IMG/VR virus record: IMGVR_UViG_2882234885_000002
Strand: one strand, 5' to 3'
Length of the DNA: 64,000 nt
Source: an uncultured virus (IMG/VR IMGVR_UViG_2882234885_000002)
Taxonomy: Duplodnaviria > Heunggongvirae > Uroviricota > Caudoviricetes
The notes under the pieces were generated by a model that saw only the letters and a program-made list of their open reading frames with translations, did not search any database and was not told the DNA's origin. This document shows positions 1 through 8,608 of this stretch, one piece after another. Position 1 is the stretch's first letter; the number at the start of each line of letters is the position of its first letter. A program made the translations under genes and the position numbers.

Positions 1-261
1 TCAGGAGACCCGGTAGGCCCCCGGCACGTTCTTGAGCCGGACGCCCTCGGACTGCTGGTAGTCCAGGATGAGCTGGGCGATCTCCGCAGAGGCGGCGGGG
101 TCCCCGGCTTGCAGCGCCTCCTGGTAGTCACTCTGGAGCTGGGCAAGGTGGGCCGCCCTCTCCCTCCGGCACACAGGGCAGAGGCCGGAGACCAGGTCCG
201 CGCAGTTTTCGATGGAGCCGCAGCTCCGACAGCTCAGATAGCCGATAGGCAAGTTTTCCAC
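1..261 (-). CDS. Hypothetical protein with CxxC...CxxC zinc-binding motifs
   Basis: 86-aa ORF, CRSC and CPVC motifs, GGAGG-type RBS on the minus strand. Confidence 0.6.
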   Translation of the reverse strand: MENLPIGYLSCRSCGSIENCADLVSGLCPVCRRERAAHLAQLQSDYQEALQAGDPAASAEIAQLILDYQQSEGVRLKNVPGAYRVS

Positions 262-365
262 AGTTCACAACCTCCAATACCGATGTACGCTCTATTCGCG
301 CACGCGCACGCGCATAGAGGAATATTATAATTACTAAGTCTTATATACATACTGTCTTATTATGG

Positions 366-446
366 GGTGCTGATTGATACCACATTTTTTGGGTTTGCGG
401 TATCAATTGATACCCTATTTTCTGAAATGCGGTATCAATTGATACC
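366..446. repeat. Palindrome GGTATCAATTGATACC x2 (399-414, 431-446) plus a degenerate copy (366-381)
   Basis: Perfect 16-bp palindromes spaced 32-33 bp apart in an AT-rich intergenic region, flanked by TTTTCCACA/TTTTCAACA boxes. Confidence 0.85.
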
Positions 447-512
447 TTATTTTCCGGGCCGCTTTCTCGGTGGTCCAGTTTTCAACAGCTTTTCCACAGA
501 GTTTTCAACAGG

Positions 513-1286
513 CTATTTCCGACGCTCTTTCTGCGCGGCCCGCATCCGGGCGTTGGCGGCGTCCACGTCCCGGCGGGCGTCCTCTGCCTGGGGTCCCTCG
601 ACGATCTCATGGCGGAAGACCTCTTCCCGGAGTATGCGCCGGACCTCCCCGTCATCCATCTTCACGCCTGGGTAGTGGCGCTCCAGGGAGCGGCGAATGG
701 TCCCAATCATCCAGTCATTCAAGAGGACTTGACCCACTATGAAGCGGTTGAGGACCCGGCGCTGGGCGTAGAGCTGGGACAGGGCCGCGTTGCCCTCTTC
801 CTGGAAAGCCTCGACGCTCAGCGCGTAGAGGGGCGCGTAGTCCTCTGGCCGGTTCACATTCAGCTCGCAGAAGTTGAACTCGCAGACAAGCACCGTCTCC
901 ACCGGCTTCCCGAAGAGGACCTGGTATATTCTCCAGGTGATACCGTTGGTGAGCACCACCCAATCAATCCCCGCGCTGGCCGCATAGCCTGTGGCCTGGG
1001 AGACGTGGACATCCCGGAGGGCCACGCTCACCGCCTTGCACTCCAGCAACAGGCGGACCTTGCCGTTGAGCTGGACGGCCAGATCACAAAACTGCTGCTT
1101 GATGCACAGCTCGGAAGTGATGTTTTCGTACTTGTCATAGCCGAAGACCTCACAGAGAATGTCCGTGATTATCATTACCGTGTCGCTCTCATTCCGGCCC
1201 GCAAGCTGGGCGCGGCGTAGGATAGGCTGGAACTTCTGGACGCCGGCCGATAGACGCGCCTCGGTCTGCGGGCTTATCTTCTGCAT
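513..1286 (-). CDS. Type I restriction enzyme HsdR N-terminal-like (PD-(D/E)xK) domain protein
   Basis: NESDT...D-LA...LLLECK...QATGYA...WVVLTNGITWRIY pattern typical of the HSDR_N family; no helicase domain. Confidence 0.75.
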   Translation of the reverse strand: MQKISPQTEARLSAGVQKFQPILRRAQLAGRNESDTVMIITDILCEVFGYDKYENITSELCIKQQFCDLAVQLNGKVRLLLECKAVSVALRDVHVSQATGYAASAGIDWVVLTNGITWRIYQVLFGKPVETVLVCEFNFCELNVNRPEDYAPLYALSVEAFQEEGNAALSQLYAQRRVLNRFIVGQVLLNDWMIGTIRRSLERHYPGVKMDDGEVRRILREEVFRHEIVEGPQAEDARRDVDAANARMRAAQKERRK

Positions 1287-1313
1287 GGTATCACCCCCTG
1301 AAATCGACGTAGA

Positions 1314-1712
1314 TTACACGGCCCGTCCGCTTGAGGACGCGGCCTCGGTGGTTCCGCCCTTTTTGACTTCGCCCAGCAGGGGCGCGGTCATTTCCTGGAG
1401 GCGGCCTATCAAGAGTATCTGCTCCCGTTCCGGCAGCTTCTCGTAAAGCTCCAGCATCTCTCGCCCGTTCTCGGATATTCCGGGGGCGGGCGATTTTTTT
1501 GTTTCTGGCTCCGTGTCGCTGCCGGTCAGGAAGTAGCTGATTGAGCACCCCAAAAACTCGCAAATGCGTACCACGTATTTTGCAGGCGGGTCCGTCCCAC
1601 GTTGTTTCCATCCAGTAGTGACGCTTGTAGCCACTCCGAGGTGTCGGCAAAGACCGTAGGCCGTCAGGCCGCGCCGGTCAAGCTCTTCAAACAGTCGCTC
1701 GCAAATCGTCAT
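1314..1712 (-). CDS. CI-like XRE-family prophage repressor
   Basis: N-terminal HTH (LTAYGLCRHLGVATSVTTGWK), divergent from the early operon. Confidence 0.85.
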   Translation of the reverse strand: MTICERLFEELDRRGLTAYGLCRHLGVATSVTTGWKQRGTDPPAKYVVRICEFLGCSISYFLTGSDTEPETKKSPAPGISENGREMLELYEKLPEREQILLIGRLQEMTAPLLGEVKKGGTTEAASSSGRAV

Positions 1713-1789
1713 TCAGACACCTCCAATCTGGAATACAAAATACCCAAAAAATAAGGTAAAAATTTTCTCACATTCGCTTGCTAATATTA

Positions 1790-1817
1790 TTGACTTAACA
1801 CGCAGATGTGGTATAAT
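1790..1817 (+). promoter_or_regulatory. Early (lytic) sigma70-type promoter
   Basis: TTGACT-N16-TATAAT with extended TG. Confidence 0.75.
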
Positions 1818-2031
1818 ATAATCAAGCCAAAGGAATAAGGTAAAAACCCAAAAACAAACGGCCCAGGGAACGGGCCAGAGGATAAAACAGGAAGCGGCAG
1901 TGAAAGCCGGGTCGGAAGCGGGCATAGCTCCGGGGATGACCGGCAGGCGGTAACGGCGGTACGAACGGCAACCTCTGGACCATCCCGAAGCCACAAGGCC
2001 GGGTGCAACCGGCGGAAAGGATAACTGACCT

Positions 2032-2544
2032 ATGGAACGCAACAAGTACGATCTGCACCGCGAAGTCCTCACCCACAAGTACGCGGACATCCTCAAGAGC
2101 TTCGAGGAAACCCATGATGACCGGCGCATCGCCTGGAACTGCTACCAGCAGCTCATCGGCGCTTGCGAGGCCATGCGGGACAGCGGCATGGAAAATAGCT
2201 TCGCCTGCTGCGCGGTCAACAAGGCTATGCAGGAACAGGAAGCCGAGATTGACGGTATCGTCACCCGGTTTACCGGCAAGGTCTACAAGGGCGTCCGGTG
2301 GGTGGATGTCACTGAGACCGACATCTACTCCTTGAGCAGCACCGAGATTGACTATGAAACGGAAATGCGGCTGTGCGAGCTGGACGCCGAAATCGCGGCC
2401 CACTTTCTGAGCGGCGACGCAGACAAGCAGGCGGCCTGTGAGCGGGAGCTTGACTGCATTCTGGGCGGGATTGAGAACGGCAAGCAGTTCTTCCAGGCCC
2501 TCACCGCCCGGAACCGGGCGTACCGGGCGGCCCACAAGGAGTAG
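2032..2544 (+). CDS. Hypothetical phage protein
   Basis: 170-aa ORF with RBS (GAAAGGA). Confidence 0.7.
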   Translation: MERNKYDLHREVLTHKYADILKSFEETHDDRRIAWNCYQQLIGACEAMRDSGMENSFACCAVNKAMQEQEAEIDGIVTRFTGKVYKGVRWVDVTETDIYSLSSTEIDYETEMRLCELDAEIAAHFLSGDADKQAACERELDCILGGIENGKQFFQALTARNRAYRAAHKE

Positions 2545-2549
2545 ACGCC

Positions 2550-2765
2550 ATGGAGCCGCAGGAAATCACCCAGGCCGAGGCCGCCGATCTGCTGGCCTCC
2601 GGCTTTGAGACCGGGCGGTATGAGCCGCTGGGCCTCTTCCTGGTGGGAGAGGCCGGCGGCACCTGGACCGGGATTGACAACAGCACTGGCCATGCCTGGA
2701 CGGAAGAGTTTGGAACCAAGGCCGAGTGCCTGGAATGGCTGAAAGGAGAGAATGAAGTTGGCTAA
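2550..2765 (+). CDS. Hypothetical phage protein
   Basis: 71-aa ORF, AAGGAG RBS, operon packing. Confidence 0.65.
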   Translation: MEPQEITQAEAADLLASGFETGRYEPLGLFLVGEAGGTWTGIDNSTGHAWTEEFGTKAECLEWLKGENEVG

Positions 2766-2994
2766 GAGGCTAAGCGTCCTGTCTTTCCTCTGCTGCATCG
2801 GAGCGGCGAGCGATGATATTCCCGTGACCGTCAAGGAGGGACCTAAGACCATCGGAACCGCAAAGAGCCTGCGGTGGCTGGAGCTGCACGGGTCCCCCGG
2901 AGTTCTGGAAGCCCGCCTGGAGTATGCGGTCATCAGGAAGCAGGAAATCACCCTCCAAATCAGGCTCAAGGACTACAACACCAAGAGGCCGTAA
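2752..2994 (+). CDS. Hypothetical phage protein
   Basis: 80-aa ORF, AAAGGAG RBS. Confidence 0.55.
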   Translation: MKLAKRLSVLSFLCCIGAASDDIPVTVKEGPKTIGTAKSLRWLELHGSPGVLEARLEYAVIRKQEITLQIRLKDYNTKRP

Positions 2995-3037
2995 ACCGCC
3001 GGTGCAACGGCGGCCAAGTGCGAAAGGAGCTAACCAA

Positions 3038-3736
3038 ATGGCAACCAACATCAAGGACAAAATCGCTAAGCTGCTGGCCCTGGCAGAAAGCCCGAATGAG
3101 AACGAGGCCAAGGCCGCGCTGCTCAAGGCCCGCGAACTCATGGCTGAGCACAAGCTCAGGCCGGAAGAGGTCGTTAAGGCCGACAAGGTGAAAGTCATCC
3201 GGGAGGTCCTGGACGTCACTTGCACCGCTATGACGAACCCCTGGGCCGTCTCCCTCTCCGCTATCATCGCGGAGCACTACTGCTGCCGGGCCTACCGGAA
3301 CCGGGGCGCTGGCTGCAAGACGAACAGGATTGGCCTGGTGGGGCTGGAAGAGGACTTCGAGATTGCAAAGAGGATTTTCCTCTACGCCTACGACTGCGTG
3401 ATGGCCTCCATCAAGGCCAACATCAAGCGGGACCCCAGCGACCCGTCCGGGACCTACCGTGAGAAGTGCAACGCCTACGGATGGGGCTTCACCCGTGGCG
3501 TGGCGGCTGCTTTCCGCGAGCAGGAAGAAGAGCACCAGGAATGGGGCCTTGTGATGGTGGTCCCCAAGGCCGTAGATGACAACATGGCCGACATGGGCAA
3601 GAAGACATCTTTCGGCAAGGAGAAGACCGGCGGCTGGCGCGACGCCTACCGCGCCCTGGGCTACCAGGACGGCAAGCAATTTGACCCGACAACTCGCCTG
3701 TCCGGTGCGCCGGAGCGGGCCGCGATTGGAGGTTGA
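3038..3736 (+). CDS. DUF2786-family protein
   Basis: N-terminus IKDKIAKLLALAESPNENEAKAALLKARELMAEHKL is typical of DUF2786; ATG at 3038 with AAAGGAG. Confidence 0.8.
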   Translation: MATNIKDKIAKLLALAESPNENEAKAALLKARELMAEHKLRPEEVVKADKVKVIREVLDVTCTAMTNPWAVSLSAIIAEHYCCRAYRNRGAGCKTNRIGLVGLEEDFEIAKRIFLYAYDCVMASIKANIKRDPSDPSGTYREKCNAYGWGFTRGVAAAFREQEEEHQEWGLVMVVPKAVDDNMADMGKKTSFGKEKTGGWRDAYRALGYQDGKQFDPTTRLSGAPERAAIGG

Positions 3737-3741
3737 TACCG

Positions 3742-4167
3742 ATGAAGTGCAAGAACTGTGGGTGCGAAGTCATCCGCATCCGGTCGGGAGGGCGCAGCGT
3801 CGTTTGCGACGCCGCCCCGATCACCTACTGGCACGTCCGGGACGGGGCCGCGATGTCGGAGATGCTGTCCCTGCTGACCCCCAACGGGGAAAGCATCTAC
3901 GGGACGCCGGCTGGAAAGCTGGAGAACGCCGTGGGCGTGGCCTACCACCCCCACACTTGCGGACTGCTGCCCATCTTCCACCGTGGCCGAGATAGCTGGA
4001 GCCGCCCGGTCTACGATGACGGAACGGGCCGCCTCCTGGTGGACGTGGACCCGCGAGCTGGCCGGAAACCGGACATCTGCACCAAGCAGGGCAACGCCTT
4101 TGACGGTGAACCCTGCGACCCGGTAGATGGAGATTTTATCTTCATTCCGCGCCGGAACACCTGGTAA
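3742..4167 (+). CDS. Hypothetical protein (CxxC N-terminus)
   Basis: ORF with GGAGG RBS. Confidence 0.6.
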   Translation: MKCKNCGCEVIRIRSGGRSVVCDAAPITYWHVRDGAAMSEMLSLLTPNGESIYGTPAGKLENAVGVAYHPHTCGLLPIFHRGRDSWSRPVYDDGTGRLLVDVDPRAGRKPDICTKQGNAFDGEPCDPVDGDFIFIPRRNTW

Positions 4168-4230
4168 CAGTATATACCAAAACCACCCAAAAAACAAGCC
4201 GTATAAATTAGACACAAGGAGGAACCAAGC

Positions 4231-4446
4231 ATGAGAACGGCAAACCGAGTTAAGCCGAAGACCGACTTCGGCATTGAGGTCCGGCTCTTCACCGCACAGA
4301 CCGGAATGACGGTGAAAGAGCTGGCCGAGCGGTCCGGCGTCAAGTACACGACGCTGATCGAGACCACCACGGGCCGCTGTGCGGGCCACCAGCTCATCCC
4401 CATTGTCCGGGAGTACATGGCGAACTACGAGCAAAAGGAGGCATGA
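4231..4446 (+). CDS. Cro-like XRE HTH regulator
   Basis: MTVKELAERSGVKYTTL HTH; AAGGAGG RBS. Confidence 0.8.
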   Translation: MRTANRVKPKTDFGIEVRLFTAQTGMTVKELAERSGVKYTTLIETTTGRCAGHQLIPIVREYMANYEQKEA

Positions 4447-4449
4447 CCC

Positions 4450-4677
4450 ATGGCGACGAAGCCCCTCAAGACCGCCCGCGATATGTTCTACTTCGTGGAG
4501 GACGTGATGCGGATTTTGGGCTACTCCAAGTCCAAGAGCTACAAGGTCATCAAGAGCCTCAACCGCGAGCTGGAGGACCAGGGCAAATGCACCTGTGACG
4601 GGCGCGTCATCAAGCGGTATTTCCATGAGCGCTACGGCCTGGATGAGCTGAACGCGCCCGTGAGACGGGGGGCGTAG
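4450..4677 (+). CDS. Excisionase-like HTH protein
   Basis: VEDVMRILGYSKSKSYKVIKSLNREL...GRV...YF; clearly similar to the xis ORFs at 52446 and 60515. Confidence 0.75.
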   Translation: MATKPLKTARDMFYFVEDVMRILGYSKSKSYKVIKSLNRELEDQGKCTCDGRVIKRYFHERYGLDELNAPVRRGA

Positions 4678-4679
4678 CC

Positions 4680-5006
4680 GTGGAGAAGCGCAAGAGACGC
4701 CGGGCCTACGCCCGGAGCTACTACCGGCTATCCATCCTCTGCCTTGCGGCCATGGTGACGGCCCGCCTCATTCTGCTGATGATTGATGTCATTCAGCTTC
4801 AAATCCAGACCGCCGGGGCCTTTTCAATCCCTGCGAGCGCGGCAATCTTAGTATTCACCGGCTGGGAGCTGAGAACCTGGACCGGCCAAGGAAAGGAGAA
4901 AAAATCATGTGGACCTACAAGTGCGACCGCGCCGACGCTCCGACCGAGTACGACGGTAAGCCGATCTTCACCCAGGAGAACTTCGACTACTCCAAGGCAG
5001 AGATAG
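4680..5006 (+). CDS. Putative membrane protein
   Basis: Two hydrophobic segments; 3' part overlaps the next gene, so the end is uncertain. Confidence 0.45.
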   Translation: MEKRKRRRAYARSYYRLSILCLAAMVTARLILLMIDVIQLQIQTAGAFSIPASAAILVFTGWELRTWTGQGKEKKSCGPTSATAPTLRPSTTVSRSSPRRTSTTPRQR

Positions 5007-5257
5007 GCGACTATGTGGAGCAGGCCGTTGTGGATGACGCCATGGACTGTCTGCCTCCGGCCTCGATGAGCGCCCGGTGCGCTCAGATGGGTGAGCCGTA
5101 CTCCCACCGGGAGGACCCGGAGACCGGGCGGCTCCGTCCCACCTACTACACGTTCAAGCGTGTGGCCGGAACGTGGCCTAACGGTATCTGGCAGTTCTGC
5201 GGCTGCTGCTTCCAGGGCGAGACCGTCCCCCGCGGCAGGGACCCGATCTACTGCTGA
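4907..5257 (+). CDS. Hypothetical phage protein
   Basis: 116-aa ORF, AAAGGAG RBS. Confidence 0.7.
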   Translation: MWTYKCDRADAPTEYDGKPIFTQENFDYSKAEIGDYVEQAVVDDAMDCLPPASMSARCAQMGEPYSHREDPETGRLRPTYYTFKRVAGTWPNGIWQFCGCCFQGETVPRGRDPIYC

Positions 5258-5300
5258 GAGGGGGCCGGAGCGATGAAGCAAAGCTGCGGGGGGGGGTACT

Positions 5301-5657
5301 ATGTGCAGGCGTCAAACTCTCACACCCCTGTCTCCGGCGGAACGGAGCGTAGCCGAGCAGCATTACCGGCTTGTAGAGTGGTACGTCAGACATCGGGGCC
5401 TCCCGGTGGATGAATACCTCGACGTTGCCGTCTTCGGCTATCTGCTGGCCGTGAAACGGTGGTTCGCCCGCCCGGACCTTTACCGCTATGAGTTTACCAC
5501 CATCGCCTGCGCTGCCATGCGGAGTGCAATCGGGCATGAGCAGCACAAGCAATCCAGGCGCATTAAGACGGTGAGCCTGGATGACCCCATCCCAGGTACG
5601 GACGGTATGACCTGGGCAGACATCATCACCGAGGACCATCTTGTGTACTCGGCATAG
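5301..5657 (+). CDS. Sigma-70 region 2-like small protein (no region 4)
   Basis: AEQHYRLVEWY...YLLAVKRW...FTTIA...MRSAI...VSLDDPI resembles sigma regions 2-3; preceded by a G9 tract. Confidence 0.6.
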   Translation: MCRRQTLTPLSPAERSVAEQHYRLVEWYVRHRGLPVDEYLDVAVFGYLLAVKRWFARPDLYRYEFTTIACAAMRSAIGHEQHKQSRRIKTVSLDDPIPGTDGMTWADIITEDHLVYSA

Positions 5658-5668
5658 GAGGAATAAGC

Positions 5669-5938
5669 GTGAAAATAACCTACAACCTGCAAGTGCTCCC
5701 CCAGCGGAAGAACGCTCGCAAGGACAGTGAAGAGACAGCCGCGCTCAAGGTCTTCCTCGCGGACAGCGAGAAAAAGAACATGGTCTTTGAGTACGATACC
5801 CCGGAAGAGGCCAAGAAGCGCTATGACAGTATGCGGAACTACCGCAACACCAACAAGCTCCAGGACATCTACGATGTGTGGCGCTCGGACGCCCTGATCT
5901 GCATTGTGAAGACCAAGAAAGGAGCCGCGAGGAAATGA
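5669..5938 (+). CDS. Hypothetical phage protein
   Basis: 89-aa ORF, AGGAGG RBS, GTG start. Confidence 0.65.
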   Translation: MKITYNLQVLPQRKNARKDSEETAALKVFLADSEKKNMVFEYDTPEEAKKRYDSMRNYRNTNKLQDIYDVWRSDALICIVKTKKGAARK

Positions 5939-6837
5939 GCTACCATACCATCAACGAAGAGGCCGCCCGCCGCGCCAACGACATGAACAGCTTCCGGGAC
6001 TACAAGGCCGGGAGCGCGACCGCCGAGTACCGCCGTATGGTGGACGCGGCTACCGAGCTGGCCGAGCGCCAGAAGCAGCGCGTGGACCCCATGTACCATG
6101 AGAAAATCGACCGGCTGCTGGAGACCTACTGCCGCAAGCTGGCCGAGAACATGAACGCCAGTTACTCCATCGAGGCCCGCTGCCCCTCCATCCTGATCTC
6201 CGGCGGCGGCAACTTCCCAGTCCGCAAGAAAGAGAAGCAGAACGCGGCCAGAGACCGCAACCTGGAAGAGTGGAACTACATCCAGGGTTTGCTTGATAAA
6301 ATCCGCAGCGTCGGCACCGGCGGTATCAGCTCCGATGACCCGCAGGCCGTGGAGAAGCTGGAGGCGAAGCTCGCCGCCCTGGAGAAGCACCAGGAGATGA
6401 TGAAAGCGGCCAACGCCGCCATCCGTATGAAAGACCCGGCCAAGGGAGACGCCAAGCTCGCGGAGCTGGGCTACACCCCGGAGGACATCGCCAAGCTCAG
6501 AGAGCCGGACTTCTGCGGGCGCATCGGTTATCCGGCCTACGCGCTCCAGAACAACAACGCCAATATCCGGCGCATCCGTGGCCGGATCGCAGAACTCAAG
6601 AAGCGGACCGAGAGCACCCCGGAGGGCTGGGAGTTTGACGGGGGCCGGGTCGTGGTGAACACCACGGAGAACCGCCTCCAGGTCATCTTCGATGGGAAAC
6701 CCGACGCGGACGTCCGAACCGAACTCAAGGGAGAGGGCTTCCGGTGGGCGCCGTCGCAGGGCGCATGGCAGCGGCAGTTGACCGACAACGCCATGAGAGC
6801 CGCCCGCCGGTTGAAGTGCATCGCGCCCCAGGTCTGA
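5935..6837 (+). CDS. Conserved mobile-element protein (DUF3560-like)
   Basis: GGISSDDPQAVEKLEAKL...YALQNNNANIRRIRGRI...NRLQVIFDGKPD...GFRWAPSQGAWQR motifs. Confidence 0.6.
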   Translation: MSYHTINEEAARRANDMNSFRDYKAGSATAEYRRMVDAATELAERQKQRVDPMYHEKIDRLLETYCRKLAENMNASYSIEARCPSILISGGGNFPVRKKEKQNAARDRNLEEWNYIQGLLDKIRSVGTGGISSDDPQAVEKLEAKLAALEKHQEMMKAANAAIRMKDPAKGDAKLAELGYTPEDIAKLREPDFCGRIGYPAYALQNNNANIRRIRGRIAELKKRTESTPEGWEFDGGRVVVNTTENRLQVIFDGKPDADVRTELKGEGFRWAPSQGAWQRQLTDNAMRAARRLKCIAPQV

Positions 6838-6871
6838 ACCATCTACCAAAATCATACCAGAAAGCGGGTGA

Positions 6872-7378
6872 ATGAGAGTGGCTATCACAGCAACAAAAAA
6901 GCCCCCCGCGTATCTGCGGGAGGCAAGGATGAGGGCCGGATTTGTCAGCCGCGGAACGGCCTCGACTGTTGTTCCGTTTTCGCCGGAGACCATAGGCCGC
7001 CATGAGCGCGGCGACGTGGAGATGGAGCCGGAAGACGCCCTGGTCTATGCGGAGTGCTACCAAAGCCCGGACATCCTACCCAGGTATTGCGCCACCTGTC
7101 CGGTAGGACGGGCAATCGGGAGAACGGCCACCGACCGTCCCCTTGCCCATGCGACGCTCAGGGTCCGGCGGCTCATCGAGGACGGCCAAGACGTGGCCGA
7201 CCGCCTGGAGGAAATCGCCTTTGACGGCGTGATAGATGCCTCTGAGCGGACCGACTTCATGGAGGCCCTGGACTTCCTGCGGAAGCTGGAAGAGAGTATC
7301 AACGACATCATCTTGATTGGCTTAGGAAAGGAAAAGGCCGCCCCCGGTGCAACGGGAAGCGGCCAAGCGCGAAAATAA
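6872..7378 (+). CDS. XRE HTH regulator with CII-like C-terminus
   Basis: LREARMRAG...SPETIGRHERG HTH; IAFDGVIDASE motif. Confidence 0.7.
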   Translation: MRVAITATKKPPAYLREARMRAGFVSRGTASTVVPFSPETIGRHERGDVEMEPEDALVYAECYQSPDILPRYCATCPVGRAIGRTATDRPLAHATLRVRRLIEDGQDVADRLEEIAFDGVIDASERTDFMEALDFLRKLEESINDIILIGLGKEKAAPGATGSGQARK

Positions 7379-7385
7379 CTAACCT
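7328..7385 (-). ncRNA. Predicted small antisense RNA (~58 nt)
   Basis: Minus-strand TTGACA(7421-7416)-N18-TG-TACAAT(7397-7392), followed by a GC hairpin and TTTTCCTTT terminator. Confidence 0.55.
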
Positions 7386-7442
7386 GGAGTTATTGTAGCA
7401 CATTCCTACCGGCCCTGTCAAGCCGAAAGGAGATTACCCAAT

Positions 7443-8471
7443 ATGGAAAATGCCATCGTCCAACTCAACAAGTACCCCAAGGACAAGTACAACGTCCTGG
7501 TCCCCGTCACCACCATGCAGGTAGCGAGCAACCTCCAGCGGATCACCGTCTCCGAGGTCCAGCTCGACGTCCGGCAGGACAGCTCCAACCGGGGGCCGAG
7601 CAAGGACATCTACTACGAGAAGTCCAGCAGCGCCTTTGCCATCACCAAGGTAGGCGGCATGAAGCTGGCTGCGGCGGCCAACATCAGCATCGTGGACACC
7701 GCCACCGAGCGGACCGAGGGCTGCCAGCGGTGCATTGAAATGGCACGGGCCACCGGAAAGCCCAGGGTATGCGGCACCTGTGAGCACGTCCACGACGTAG
7801 CTGTCACCGTGACTATCCGGGTCCCGGAGCCGTCCGGCGGCTTCCGGCTGATGAAAGCCACCAAGGAGATTGACTGCACACTGGAGGCCGCCGGGATGAA
7901 AGACGGAGCCAACGGTCAACAGTTCAGGCGCTTCCTCCCCCACCGCACCGCCATGGCTGAGAGCAAAGCCTTTATGCGGGCTATCCGGGCCGCCCTGGGC
8001 CTGGCCGGGACCTACGCCTACGAGGAACTGAAAAAGCCCTTTGTCGTGGCCCGCGTGGTCCCCAACCTGGACGCCCCGGAAATCAAGCAGGCCGTGGCGA
8101 GCAACTACCTCCAGTCGATGGGTATGCTCTTTGAGATGCCCACCCAGGCGTCCAGGGCGAGCCTCCCGGCGGCGCAGGCCGCCGAGACCGTCACCCCCTA
8201 CGAGGATGAGGGGCCTATGCCCTGGGATGAGGCACCGGAAGAGCCGGAGGATAGCTGGAGCAGATCGCCGGAGTACGGAGCTGCCCCGGATTGGGCGGAC
8301 CCGGAGCCGCAGGGCGTGTTCTGTTCGGAGTGCCGCCGGGAGATTACCGGCGGTCAGAGCAGGAATGGCCGTAAGTGGAGCGCGGAGGACATTGCCGGGT
8401 ATAGTCAGCGCACCTATGGGCGGGTCCTCTGCCCTGAGTGTCAGGAGAAGATGAAAGGAGCGCGGAGATGA
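7443..8471 (+). CDS. Putative recombination/annealing-associated protein with C-terminal Zn finger
   Basis: 342 aa, directly upstream of the SbcCD fusion; AMAESKAFMRAIRAALGL motif; CxxC pairs. Confidence 0.5.
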   Translation: MENAIVQLNKYPKDKYNVLVPVTTMQVASNLQRITVSEVQLDVRQDSSNRGPSKDIYYEKSSSAFAITKVGGMKLAAAANISIVDTATERTEGCQRCIEMARATGKPRVCGTCEHVHDVAVTVTIRVPEPSGGFRLMKATKEIDCTLEAAGMKDGANGQQFRRFLPHRTAMAESKAFMRAIRAALGLAGTYAYEELKKPFVVARVVPNLDAPEIKQAVASNYLQSMGMLFEMPTQASRASLPAAQAAETVTPYEDEGPMPWDEAPEEPEDSWSRSPEYGAAPDWADPEPQGVFCSECRREITGGQSRNGRKWSAEDIAGYSQRTYGRVLCPECQEKMKGARR

Positions 8472-8608
8472 CGGTTATTGAGTTCGCGGAAAAGCGGCTG
8501 GAGGAAGAGAGCGGCTACAACCTTGACGATGCCCGCTATTGGGCGGCCTACCTGGACGGCGCGAGGGCGCAGAAGCGAGAGGATGAGGAGGCGAAAGGCC
8601 ATGATTAA
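8468..8608 (+). CDS. Small hypothetical protein (MTVIEFAEKRLEEE...)
   Basis: 46-codon ORF read by hand, coupled between neighbouring genes, AAAGGAG RBS. Confidence 0.55.
   Translation: MTVIEFAEKRLEEESGYNLDDARYWAAYLDGARAQKREDEEAKGHD

Noticed and set aside
366..446. Palindromic repeats as a mini CRISPR array
   Set aside because: Only 2-3 copies of a 16-bp unit with ~16-bp spacers and no cas genes; they fit protein-binding sites better
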